Assembly: GCA_047638815.1 (NCBI GenBank)
Contig: JBLIMR010000040.1
Coordinates: forward strand, 1-25,965
Length of the DNA stretch: 25,965 nucleotides
Source: Gammaproteobacteria bacterium
GTDB lineage: Bacteria > Bacteroidota > Bacteroidia > Flavobacteriales_D > JABDKJ01
Direction: 5' to 3'
The notes below the pieces were generated by a model. It worked only from the letters and a program-made list of their open reading frames with translations, was not told the origin of the DNA and made no database searches. Positions 17,805-25,965 of this stretch are shown in pieces. The position numbers were made by a program, and so were the translations under genes. Positions within the stretch are counted from its first letter, which is position 1, and every line of letters begins with the position of its first letter.

Positions 17805-18224
17805 ATGAAATATTTTTTAACAGCCCTTTTAGTAATGGCAATGACAGTGGGTATTAATGCTCAAGACAAAATGAAGAAGGGTCACAAGGACATGAAGTCC
17901 AAAACTGAAATGATAAAGAAAGACATGGTGAAGACTGTTTCTCTTGAACAAACGGATGGAGAGTTTACTCAGAAATCTTTAACACTATCAGAAGGTACTT
18001 ATGTATTCGAAGTGGCTAATAATGATGTAGACAGAGAAGTAGGATTTGTTTTAGCACCTAAAGGTAAAACAGATGCAGCCAATCATATCAAGGAGGCATA
18101 CGTAACTGAAACAGTAAAAACGGATTCGAAGTCAACTTCACAAGAAGTGACACTAACGAAGGGTGAATATGTAAACTTCTGCCCAATGAATCCAACACCG
18201 GAATACAAGCTAATTGTGAAATAG
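17805..18224 (+). CDS. Small secreted hypothetical protein
   Basis: Sec signal MKYFLTALLVMAMTVGINAQ. A Met/Lys/His-rich segment KMKKGHKDMKSKTEMIKKDM is followed by a beta-rich region ending FCPMNPTPEYKLIVK. A His ligand set for a type-1 copper site is not present. Confidence 0.5.
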   Translation: MKYFLTALLVMAMTVGINAQDKMKKGHKDMKSKTEMIKKDMVKTVSLEQTDGEFTQKSLTLSEGTYVFEVANNDVDREVGFVLAPKGKTDAANHIKEAYVTETVKTDSKSTSQEVTLTKGEYVNFCPMNPTPEYKLIVK

Positions 18225-18247
18225 ATTAAAGTTTAAGGTTGATTTAA

Positions 18248-18277
18248 AGGCGGATCCGGTGGGGCTCGCTTTTTTTT
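18248..18277 (+). terminator. Candidate intrinsic terminator: a GC-rich block (ggcggatccggtggggctcgc) followed by T8
   Basis: T run at 18270-18277, directly after the only GC-rich 20-mer in this spacer and 24 nt after the stop of the 17805 gene. The stem I can draw is only 4 bp (GCGG/CTCGC), so the call is weak. Confidence 0.35.
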
Positions 18278-18314
18278 ATCAAATAATTCGTATGAACAGA
18301 TTTTTATATTCTCC

Positions 18315-19592
18315 GTGGATTATTGGCTATGTTTGTATGCGATGAATGAAAAAAAAGCCCCCTGGCATTTTCTATTATTACTAATACTGGCTGGAGAATC
18401 TGTATTCATACTGCCGTTTGTCTTGGCACGAATATATAGACCAACTATTCTGGAGGTCTTTAACTTGGACAACATACAACTGGGACTTTGTTTTTCAATG
18501 TATGGTGTGGTTGCGTTGGCCTCATACCTTATTGGTGGACCTATAGCAGATAAATATCCTCCTAATAGACTTATAGCCGTAGCACTTTGGACAACAAGTC
18601 TAGGGGGGTTAGTTTATGCTACTATCCCTGATTACTTTGTTTTAAAAGCACTTTATGGCTATTGGGGATTCACCACAATATTTTTAGCTTGGGCACCAAT
18701 GATTAAGGCCACCCGTGTATGGGGAGGCACCTCATCACAAGGAAAAGCTTTTGGATTTCTTGACGGAGGCAGAGGTCTTGTCGGGGCGTTGTTCGGAGTA
18801 GTAGGCTTATTAATATTTGCTTTTTTCATTGACTCTGAAATCACAAGCTTTGAACATAGCCAAACGACAGATGCTTTGCGTTATGTAATTTTAGTTTCTT
18901 CCGGCATTGTTTTTTTTGTGGGAATATTGGTTTGGTTTTTTATGAAATTGGACAAGGCAATAGAGGATGAGATAGTCGTACCAAAAATCACTTTCGATCA
19001 GATCAAGGAAGTTATGAAGTTGCCCTCCGTTTGGATGTTAATGATCATAATCCTTTGCGCTTATATGGGATATAAAGCAACTGACATTTTCCCCATGTAT
19101 GCTGAATCTGCTTTGGGCTATGATTCGATTGCATCTGCTAAAGTAGGTACGTTGCTTTTGTTCATAAGACCAATAATTGGTATTTTAATCGGTATAACAG
19201 CCGATAGAACAAAAACTATTTTTTGGTTACCAGTGAGCTTTGCTCTAATATTTATTGGGTCAATATTATTTTCACTAGGGTTGGTTTCAAGTACTTCAGC
19301 CATTTTCTTCACGCTGTCCACATTGGTTGTCGCTTGTGGTGTATATGCCGCACGGTCTCTTTACTTCGCTGTAATGGACATTGGTAAAATACCACTTTTA
19401 TATACCGGAACAGCCGTTGGTTTAATTTCCTTAGTAGGATACACACCCGACATTTTTGAAGGTCCATTGAAAGGTTATCTTCTTGATAATTCACCAGGTG
19501 TTATTGGACAGCAACACGTATTTTTAATGGTGGCCGCGTTCTCCTTGGTTGGTGGTGTTGTGTCCATAATGTATTATAGGTTGTATAAGTAA
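18315..19592 (+). CDS. Major facilitator superfamily transporter
   Basis: 425 aa with about 12 predicted TM helices. It shows MFS-like loop motifs (GPIADKYPPNRL, GFLDGGRG). The real start may be the second Met at 18342 (MNEKKAPWHF). Confidence 0.75.
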   Translation: MDYWLCLYAMNEKKAPWHFLLLLILAGESVFILPFVLARIYRPTILEVFNLDNIQLGLCFSMYGVVALASYLIGGPIADKYPPNRLIAVALWTTSLGGLVYATIPDYFVLKALYGYWGFTTIFLAWAPMIKATRVWGGTSSQGKAFGFLDGGRGLVGALFGVVGLLIFAFFIDSEITSFEHSQTTDALRYVILVSSGIVFFVGILVWFFMKLDKAIEDEIVVPKITFDQIKEVMKLPSVWMLMIIILCAYMGYKATDIFPMYAESALGYDSIASAKVGTLLLFIRPIIGILIGITADRTKTIFWLPVSFALIFIGSILFSLGLVSSTSAIFFTLSTLVVACGVYAARSLYFAVMDIGKIPLLYTGTAVGLISLVGYTPDIFEGPLKGYLLDNSPGVIGQQHVFLMVAAFSLVGGVVSIMYYRLYK

Positions 19593-19746
19593 TTTAGGAC
19601 TTCAATTCCCCACAGATATTCCTTGTGATATTATCTCTTTTGGCGATTTACAAGACATTGCAATATTAGTTTTTGCCATATTATTGCATGATATTATTAA
19701 ATCTAACATTAGTGCTGAGTGCACAAAGAAATACGTTCCAGAAATC

Positions 19747-20413
19747 ATGAAAATCACTAATTTACTAGTATTAATTATCTCCATTTTTTTCATTCATAGC
19801 CTTATTGCTCAAGATCAAATGTTTGACATTTGTCCACTTAAAGTAGGAGAAGAAATACCTGAAGCTTCTTTAATGGATCAAAATGGTGAAGCAACATCAT
19901 TGGCGAGTATAATTACTGAGAAACCGACTGTTCTCATATTCTATTGTGGTGCTTGGTGCGGCTACTGCACGAGACACTTGGCGGAGTTGAATGACCTCAA
20001 ATCGGACATAGCGGATTTAGCTTATCAAATATTTGGAATTACAGCAGATCAATCATCAAAAACAGAAGAGTCAACGAAGAAATCTGGTGGTGAAATAACG
20101 GTCTATTCTGATGCCAAGTTGGAAGCAATAACCGCTTTTGGCCTTAACTGCCAATTGGATGATGAACAGTTTCATAAAAAAAACAGAAGACCAGCTAGAT
20201 CTTGAAGAATGGAGTGGCGAAAAACATCACTCTCTCCCAGTCCCTGGCATCTACGTTATTAAAGACAACAAAGTTGAATTTCAATATGTAAACCCTAAAT
20301 ACAGTGACCGATTAAAACCGGAAACGTTATTGGCTATTCTAAAATCACCACAGGTCCAGAACATTAATCACCTAGCTGACTTCAATTTTTTAATTCTCAT
20401 TGAAAATTTCTAA
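19747..20413 (+). pseudogene. Signal-peptide thiol-disulfide oxidoreductase (redoxin/AhpC-TSA family, CxxC = WCGYC), frameshifted in an A8 homopolymer at 20176-20183
   Basis: Track ORFs 19684..20205 and 20138..20413 are the N- and C-terminal parts of one redoxin (…TVLIFYCGAWCGYCTRHL…YSDAKLEAITAFGL / …IKKTEDQLDLEEWSGEKHHSLPVPGIYVIKDNKVEFQYVNP…). Removing one A from the A8 run joins them as …QLDDEQFHKKTEDQLDLEEW…. The signal peptide is MKITNLLVLIISIFFIHSLIAQ. Confidence 0.75.
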
Positions 20414-20549
20414 GAGTCCAACAATAGTATTATTGAAAATTCTGATTTCGGGAATCATACCCTAGATTCTTTACTTTTGAATTCATCTTTAGTATCAACG
20501 ATTCGATCTAGATACTCTTAAATAAAATGAGTTGAAAAATAATTTCGGC

Positions 20550-21776
20550 ATGAACATAACACAAATACTTTCATTAAAAACCATTGCACTTCTTATTAGT
20601 GTTTTATTCATGTCTGCTGGACTTTCAGCCCAAGAATGGATTGAACTAAATGATCCACCAATTCACAAGCATCACTCCAACGGCTTTGTATATGAAGGCA
20701 AGGCATATATCATGGAAGGCATCTATGATGATGATGGTCCGGATAACATTTCAAATGAGATGTGGGAGTATGACATTGCGACAGATTCCTGGACCGAACT
20801 TGAAAATTTTCCTGGTGAATCAAGATCTATTGCCATAGGCGATGACTGGAATGGGAAGTATTATTATGGATTTGGAAGAATGGGCGGTTTTAGCGGATAC
20901 TTCAATGACTTATGGGAGTTTGATCCTGAGGATCTCAGTTTTACACAACTCCCATCATGCCCATGTGAAGGAAGATCTCACCCAGCACTAATTGCGCATA
21001 ACGACAAAATCTTCATGGGAACGGGATCTGGGCCCGATGGCAATATGGATGATTGGTGGGAATATGATATTTCAACCCAAGTTTGGTCTCAAAAACCTGG
21101 AATTGTAGATAGCCGTCACCATCCCTATTTCTTCTCTATTGATGATAATGTATATGTTGGCGGAGGTCATGCTTCTACATGGTGGCAATATAATCCTGCA
21201 GCTGAAGAGTGGAACGCAATCGATAATCTTCCTTTGGGAAGAGTTGCTGGAACGCAGTTCGATTACAATGGAAAAGGCTACGTATTGGCCGGTGACGATG
21301 CTTTTCACGATCACCTTGCCACTTCAGAAACTTTTATGAGATATGATGCGGACACAGATGAGTGGGAATATTTACCACCACTCCCAAATGGCAGTCGATG
21401 GGCACCTTCGTCATTCGTTTGGGAAGATTTCATTTACTATTTTGGTGGGTTGAATTTTGATGATTTATCGGATGTTTCCATGTGGAAATTCGATCTCTCA
21501 AATTTGGATGAAGTTGTAGGACTTGATCTAGAATTAACAGCAAGTAATAACGGGTTTGTACTTTACCCTAATCCCGCTAAGGAATTATTATATATTCAGG
21601 TTGAAAACGAGAATGAATATAAATCTATCGAGATTTCTGATGCTTCAGGTCGAAAGGTGACCACTGCCTCTTTCATGAAAAACATAGATGTGTCGAATTT
21701 AAATACTGGGACTTATCTTTTAACCCTAACCAGTAAAGATGGATTTACAATTACGCAAAAGCTGTTTGTTCAATAG
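20550..21776 (+). CDS. Kelch-repeat beta-propeller protein with a signal peptide and a T9SS C-terminal sorting domain
   Basis: Signal peptide MNITQILSLKTIALLISVLFMSAGLSAQ. Repeated W-x-Y/F-D Kelch-blade motifs (MWEYDIATDSWTEL, LWEFDPEDLSFTQL, WWEYDISTQVWSQ, WWQYNPAAEEWNAI, FMRYDADTDEWEYL). The C-terminus VLYPNPAKELLYIQ...GTYLLTLTSKDGFTITQKLFVQ is a T9SS C-terminal domain. Confidence 0.8.
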   Translation: MNITQILSLKTIALLISVLFMSAGLSAQEWIELNDPPIHKHHSNGFVYEGKAYIMEGIYDDDGPDNISNEMWEYDIATDSWTELENFPGESRSIAIGDDWNGKYYYGFGRMGGFSGYFNDLWEFDPEDLSFTQLPSCPCEGRSHPALIAHNDKIFMGTGSGPDGNMDDWWEYDISTQVWSQKPGIVDSRHHPYFFSIDDNVYVGGGHASTWWQYNPAAEEWNAIDNLPLGRVAGTQFDYNGKGYVLAGDDAFHDHLATSETFMRYDADTDEWEYLPPLPNGSRWAPSSFVWEDFIYYFGGLNFDDLSDVSMWKFDLSNLDEVVGLDLELTASNNGFVLYPNPAKELLYIQVENENEYKSIEISDASGRKVTTASFMKNIDVSNLNTGTYLLTLTSKDGFTITQKLFVQ

Positions 21777-21939
21777 TACATTTTGCAATCAAGGTCCATT
21801 CTTATAATGTAGTTCATAAATATGTGTATCGTTAAATTATTCGCACTATACGAATGAATTGTCAAATATGGACTCTGAAAAAGCCTTATTGAAAAGAATT
21901 TTTAAGGAAAAAACACAAAGAGAAGGTTATCTATTTTGA

Positions 21940-23358
21940 CTAAACCTCTTCACCCTTACTTTCGTTTGACACATCTTTATCTTTAAGCTCATCACCCTTT
22001 AGATAAGTTGGCAGTTGCATACCAGCCATATCGAACATCTCTTGTAACGGTGGTACTGCCTTATACATTCCTGAAATAAAGTTAGACGTAGAGGTTTTAC
22101 CGTTTTCTCCTCCTCCACCTTCCCAGACAGTGACTTTATCAATTTTAATATTCTTGATTGCCTCAGCTTGAAGTTTCACCAATTCTGGTAATTTATCTGC
22201 TATAATTAATTGCACGGCATCCTGCGGATTTTCTCCGGCTGCTTTTACAATTCTATCAAATCCTTCTGCTTGTTTAGTAAGAATTTCGAACATCCCTTTC
22301 GCCTCAGCTTCTTTCTTCAAGAATATCGCATCAGCTTCCCCTTTCGCAACACGTCTTATTTGCTCTGCTTTTGCCTCTGCATCTATCTCTAATTTTCTTT
22401 TACTGATTTCTGCAGGCACAATAATATCCGCACCTTGTTCAGCTTCTTTTCGTTTGGCCCTAGCATCTTCGGCAGTTTTCTCAGCAGCATACGCTTCTTC
22501 TAATGCCTTTGCCGATTGCACCTTCTCTGAAGCAATAGCAATTTTTTCTGCTTCAGCTTCACGTGCTCTCCTATCAGCATCAGAATTTGCCACTTGTATC
22601 TTAGCGGTATTCTCACCCTCAACTGCATTTGCATTTGCTGCAGCGACTTTTATTCTTTGTTCTTGCATGGCATTCGCCTCCCCAATAGCTCCGTCTCTTA
22701 CTTTCAATGCCACTGAAACTTTCGCTTCATTAATCGCTTGTGCAGCAGCTTCTTTACCCAATGCCTCTATATACCCTGACTCATCATGAATATCCGTTAT
22801 GTTCACGTTGATTAACTTCAGCCCAACTTTCTTTAACTCTGCCTCAACGCTATGTGTAATGTGATTAAGAAATTTATCTCTGTCAGAATTAATCTCCTCT
22901 ATATCCATCGAGGCAACAACCAAACGCAGTTGACCAAAAATAATTTCTTGCGCCAAGCTCTCAACATCATTCATGTTCAATCCCAATAATCTCTCCGCAG
23001 CATTCTGCATTATGCTAGGCTCCGTTGAAATACCTATTGTAAACCTTGAAGGAACATTGACTCTAATATTCTGTTTACTTAAAGCATTGGTTAGGTTAAC
23101 TTCTATTGACATAGGTGTTAAATCCAAAAAGGCATGATCTTGTATGATAGGCCAAATGAATGCAGCACCACCATGAATACATTTTGCAGACTTACCACCG
23201 CCAGTTTTACCGTAGACAACCAATATTTGATCTGAAGGACATCTCTTGTAACGTCTGAACATGGAGAACATGAACACAACCAAGATCAACACAACAGCAG
23301 CGACAAGATATACACCTGTAACCGCAGTTCCCTGCAACAATATAGACATAATTTTCAT
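21940..23358 (-). CDS. Flotillin-family SPFH/band-7 protein (YqiK/FloA-like)
   Basis: 472 aa. An N-terminal TM is followed by the SPFH domain and a long Ala/Glu/Lys-rich coiled-coil (AEAEKIAIASEKVQSAKALEEAYAAEKTAEDARAKRKEAEQ...). Confidence 0.9.
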   Translation of the reverse strand: MKIMSILLQGTAVTGVYLVAAVVLILVVFMFSMFRRYKRCPSDQILVVYGKTGGGKSAKCIHGGAAFIWPIIQDHAFLDLTPMSIEVNLTNALSKQNIRVNVPSRFTIGISTEPSIMQNAAERLLGLNMNDVESLAQEIIFGQLRLVVASMDIEEINSDRDKFLNHITHSVEAELKKVGLKLINVNITDIHDESGYIEALGKEAAAQAINEAKVSVALKVRDGAIGEANAMQEQRIKVAAANANAVEGENTAKIQVANSDADRRAREAEAEKIAIASEKVQSAKALEEAYAAEKTAEDARAKRKEAEQGADIIVPAEISKRKLEIDAEAKAEQIRRVAKGEADAIFLKKEAEAKGMFEILTKQAEGFDRIVKAAGENPQDAVQLIIADKLPELVKLQAEAIKNIKIDKVTVWEGGGGENGKTSTSNFISGMYKAVPPLQEMFDMAGMQLPTYLKGDELKDKDVSNESKGEEV

Positions 23359-23367
23359 AATATTTTC

Positions 23368-23940
23368 TTAAGCTAATTTTTCTACAAGAAGTATTTCAGC
23401 ACTCACAATATCCACAACTTTTATCATTGAGCCAGACTTCAAATCTACTTCACTATCCGTCAAAGCATCAAGCTCACGCAAACTCCCTTGGACTGTAATT
23501 TGAATCTTTCCCATATTGGATCGCTTGGCACCTACCGTCAGGTACACTTCGCCAACCACTCCGACTGCATTCTGCATTTGCAATGTCCCCGATTCCGCGA
23601 GTTTCGACATCCAATAGAACAACAAAGAAGTAAGGAACATCATTAGCAAACCTGCCAAAGCTGCAATAAAAATAGTGGTCCCTCCTGTCAAACCTGCATC
23701 AATACCAGCAATTCCAGTCCATCCGAAGATGGTAAAGAAAGCCACCATGTTTTTAAAGGTGAAGAATTGAAATCCAACGCCACCATCATCGGCTTCAAAA
23801 TCACCAACATCAGAGTCCATGTCAGCGTCACCACCAACAAATGTCGCAACTAAAATAATTGCAAAAATTGCAGAACCCAACATGGCAATTATCCAATAGG
23901 TTTGTTCTAACGAAGACATTCCTTCAAAAAAGCTGGTCAT
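23368..23940 (-). CDS. NfeD/YqiJ-family membrane protein, the flotillin partner
   Basis: 190 aa. It has an acidic loop (GDADMDSDVGDFEADDGG), TM helices and a C-terminal OB-fold-like region (GVVGEVYLTVGAKRSNMGKIQITVQGSLRELDAL). Its end lies 9 nt upstream of the flotillin start, indicating an operon. Confidence 0.8.
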   Translation of the reverse strand: MTSFFEGMSSLEQTYWIIAMLGSAIFAIILVATFVGGDADMDSDVGDFEADDGGVGFQFFTFKNMVAFFTIFGWTGIAGIDAGLTGGTTIFIAALAGLLMMFLTSLLFYWMSKLAESGTLQMQNAVGVVGEVYLTVGAKRSNMGKIQITVQGSLRELDALTDSEVDLKSGSMIKVVDIVSAEILLVEKLA

Positions 23941-24313
23941 GTAACAGATTAAGGTTTTCTCAAATGTACCAAAAAATGTCGTTGATAATTTAAATGTCCA
24001 CTTAGATCCAAATTCTCAGATCCACTTTATGGTTTTAGTAATGATTAAACTTTACATTCCACTATTTATATAGTAATTATCCAATTTACTATCTAAAGCA
24101 TTAACAATAAAATCATCGTAGATTCAGCAAGTCCATTGCTTTATAATATTATCTTAATTAATATAAATCTGTCCATTATTGCATCGTTATTCATGCATTA
24201 ATGATCTTTTATGTCTTTTATAAGTTATTTATCATACATTACAAGATATAATTTAATATATTATTTGTAAATTTGAATGAACTTTAATACATTAATCACG
24301 TTAAAGCACATAT

Positions 24314-24634
24314 ATGAATGATATATCATACAGGAAATGGTCTTCTAGAAGTGATTTTACACTAGAAAAGACCTTTGGGGAGTTTATCAGGCACCATCGC
24401 CTAAGACAGAATATTACCCAAGGGAATCTATCGGAATCTGCAGGGATAAGCCGCTCGACATTGAGCCTTATGGAAAGGGGTGAAAGTGTAAATCTCAGTA
24501 CATTTATAAAAGTACTTAGAGCTCTAAATCTACTTCATGTTATGGAGCACTTTGAAGTGAAAAACGAGATGAGTCCGATTCAGTTGGCCAAGTTAGAACG
24601 AGAGCAAAGAAAACGTGCGAGCGCTTCAAAATAA
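24314..24634 (+). CDS. hipB: XRE-family HTH transcriptional regulator, HipB-like antitoxin
   Basis: 106 aa. HTH_XRE region NITQGNLSESAGISRSTLSLMERGESVNLSTFIKVLRALN. It lies 15 nt upstream of hipA on the same strand. Confidence 0.8.
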   Translation: MNDISYRKWSSRSDFTLEKTFGEFIRHHRLRQNITQGNLSESAGISRSTLSLMERGESVNLSTFIKVLRALNLLHVMEHFEVKNEMSPIQLAKLEREQRKRASASK

Positions 24635-24649
24635 ATATCGCGAAAGATT

Positions 24650-25965
24650 ATGGTAACTACAGCTTTTGTAAAAATATGGGGAGAGACGGTCGGTGCGGTG
24701 GCATTGAATGAAAGCACTCGAATAGCCAGCTTCGAATACGACAAGAAATTCCTACAAAAAGACTGGGACCTGTCTCCGATTAAAATGCCCATCTCCTCTC
24801 CCACTCCAATATTTTCATTTCCAGAATTACGACCACAGAGAAATAGTGAATATGACACCTTCAAAGGTCTTCCTGGATTACTTGCCGATGCACTCCCTGA
24901 CAAGTACGGTAACCAATTGATCAACTCATGGCTGTCCCGTAACGGCAGAGCATCTAACAGCATGAATCCTATAGAGCAACTTTGCTTTATAGGAGAAAGA
25001 GGCATGGGTGCTATAGAATTTGAGCCTTCGCAAATGACCATAAGCAAAAGAACATTTTCCATAGAGTTAGATTCTCTTGTAGATGTCGCTCAAAAAATGT
25101 TATCCAACAGAGAGGATTTCAAAACAGGAATAAATGAAGGCTCTGAAAAGGCAATAAAAGAAATACTAAAAATAGGAACCTCAGCCGGTGGTGCTAGACC
25201 CAAAGCAGTAATAGCATTCAATAAAAAAACGGGTGAAGTAAAATCAGGGCAGACAAGAGCACCAAAAGGATTTGAACATTGGCTTATAAAACTCGATGGT
25301 GTCAGTGATGAACAATTTGGAACAAGCCAAGGATACGGCCGAGTAGAAATGGCCTATTACCATATGGCCAAAGATTGCGGTATCGATATCATGGAGTCTC
25401 ATCTTCTTGAAGAAAATGGCCGAGCACACTTCATGACTAAAAGATACGATCGAGAAGGCTCAATGACCAAACATCATGTACAGACTTGGTGTGCAATGCA
25501 ACATGTTGACTTCAACGATGTGCATAGCTTTAGCTACGAACAACTGTTCCAGACTATGCGCATTCTGAATCTACCTTATAGAGACATGGAGCAGATGTTT
25601 CGCAGAATGGTTTTCAATTTAATCTCAAAGAACTGTGATGACCACACCAAGAATTTCTCTTTTCGTTTAAAGCAAAATGAACCATGGGAGCTTGCTCCAG
25701 CCTATGATCTTTGCTACGCCTATCGTGCCGATAGCATATGGGTTAGCCAACACGCACTGAGCATCAATGGCAAACGAAAAGATTTTGTTTTGGAAGATTT
25801 ACTGGCGGTAGCAGATTTGGTTCGAGTGAAAAAGGCTAACAATATTATTGAAGAAATACAGGGTGTTGTTTCAAACTGGGTTATGTATGCCAAGGAGACG
25901 GGGTTAAGTGCTGAGATGAGGGAGTTGATTGGAGGGAATCATGTTTTGATTGAGAGTGATGATTG
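24650..25965 (+). CDS. hipA: HipA-family serine/threonine kinase toxin (type II toxin-antitoxin). It is 3'-partial and runs off the window end
   Basis: I translated this frame by hand from ATG 24650 and found no stop to 25965; it is absent from the ORF track only because it lacks a stop. The HipA N-terminal couple domain (MVTTAFVKIWGETVGAVALNESTRIASFEYDKKF...) is present. So are the P-loop-like GTSAGGARPKAV and the catalytic motif CDDHTKNFSF (the D-x-H-x-K-N-F-S motif of HipA_C). Confidence 0.9.
   Translation, partial: MVTTAFVKIWGETVGAVALNESTRIASFEYDKKFLQKDWDLSPIKMPISSPTPIFSFPELRPQRNSEYDTFKGLPGLLADALPDKYGNQLINSWLSRNGRASNSMNPIEQLCFIGERGMGAIEFEPSQMTISKRTFSIELDSLVDVAQKMLSNREDFKTGINEGSEKAIKEILKIGTSAGGARPKAVIAFNKKTGEVKSGQTRAPKGFEHWLIKLDGVSDEQFGTSQGYGRVEMAYYHMAKDCGIDIMESHLLEENGRAHFMTKRYDREGSMTKHHVQTWCAMQHVDFNDVHSFSYEQLFQTMRILNLPYRDMEQMFRRMVFNLISKNCDDHTKNFSFRLKQNEPWELAPAYDLCYAYRADSIWVSQHALSINGKRKDFVLEDLLAVADLVRVKKANNIIEEIQGVVSNWVMYAKETGLSAEMRELIGGNHVLIESDD

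Noticed and set aside
18248-18277. A strong intrinsic terminator call after the 17805 gene
   Set aside because: The T8 tract is real, but the best stem I can draw is 4 bp. It is kept only as a low-confidence feature.
22454-22789. 111-aa plus-strand ORF (MALASSAVFSAAYASS...), together with other short antisense ORFs: 1610-1822, 2548-2820, 3535-3798, 8388-9227, 18659-19494, 24580-25062
   Set aside because: They lie antisense to or overlap well-supported genes. The Ala/Ser-rich one is the mirror of the flotillin Ala/Glu/Lys coiled-coil. They have low-complexity composition and no recognisable motifs.
25808-25822. tRNA T-arm-like GGTTCGAGT
   Set aside because: It lies inside the continuous hipA reading frame. 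No acceptor or anticodon stem context is present. This is a chance match.
1-25965. CRISPR arrays, rRNA/tRNA genes, transposases or integrases
   Set aside because: There are no regularly spaced direct repeats. No transposase/integrase-like ORFs were found. No tRNA cloverleaf candidates were found on either strand beyond the rejected chance match.

Overview
This is an AT-rich chromosomal segment that looks like Bacteroidota (Flavobacteriia/Cytophagia-like). The basis is two proteins ending in type-IX-secretion (T9SS) C-terminal sorting domains, Bacteroidota-style AraC regulators, no Shine-Dalgarno signals, and frequent TTG/GTG starts. I find about 29 protein-coding genes and no rRNA, tRNA, CRISPR array or obvious mobile element. 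There is a strong redox/thiol theme: a katG 5' end running off the window start, an isochorismatase-family hydrolase, a DsbA/YjbH-like lipoprotein, thioredoxin, a signal-peptide redoxin, and a Tat-signal intradiol-dioxygenase-like T9SS cargo. Housekeeping genes include rlmF, a DbpA-type DEAD-box helicase, lpxD with a small Kdo/RIO/APH-type kinase-fold gene downstream, an MscS-family channel, a LysE exporter, an MFS transporter and two AraC regulators. The window ends with a flotillin/NfeD operon and a hipB-hipA toxin-antitoxin pair, with hipA running off the 3' end. The most unusual feature is a high density of damaged reading frames, checked base by base. Two adjacent genes each carry an in-frame TAA where Gln is expected. 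A short-chain dehydrogenase (SDR) has lost its 5' end. The redoxin is frameshifted inside an A8 run. A CHMI-like tautomerase can only start at ATC immediately before its catalytic Pro. Other candidates are a 17-bp perfect palindrome upstream of the dioxygenase gene and a 520-bp GC-richer noncoding region between katG and the isochorismatase gene. That region holds a 12-bp inverted-repeat pair and a 9-mer present three times. The hipBA module is separated from the flotillin operon by an extremely AT-rich 370-bp spacer. I found no obviously novel multi-gene system that I can support from sequence alone. The candidates worth follow-up are listed as findings.
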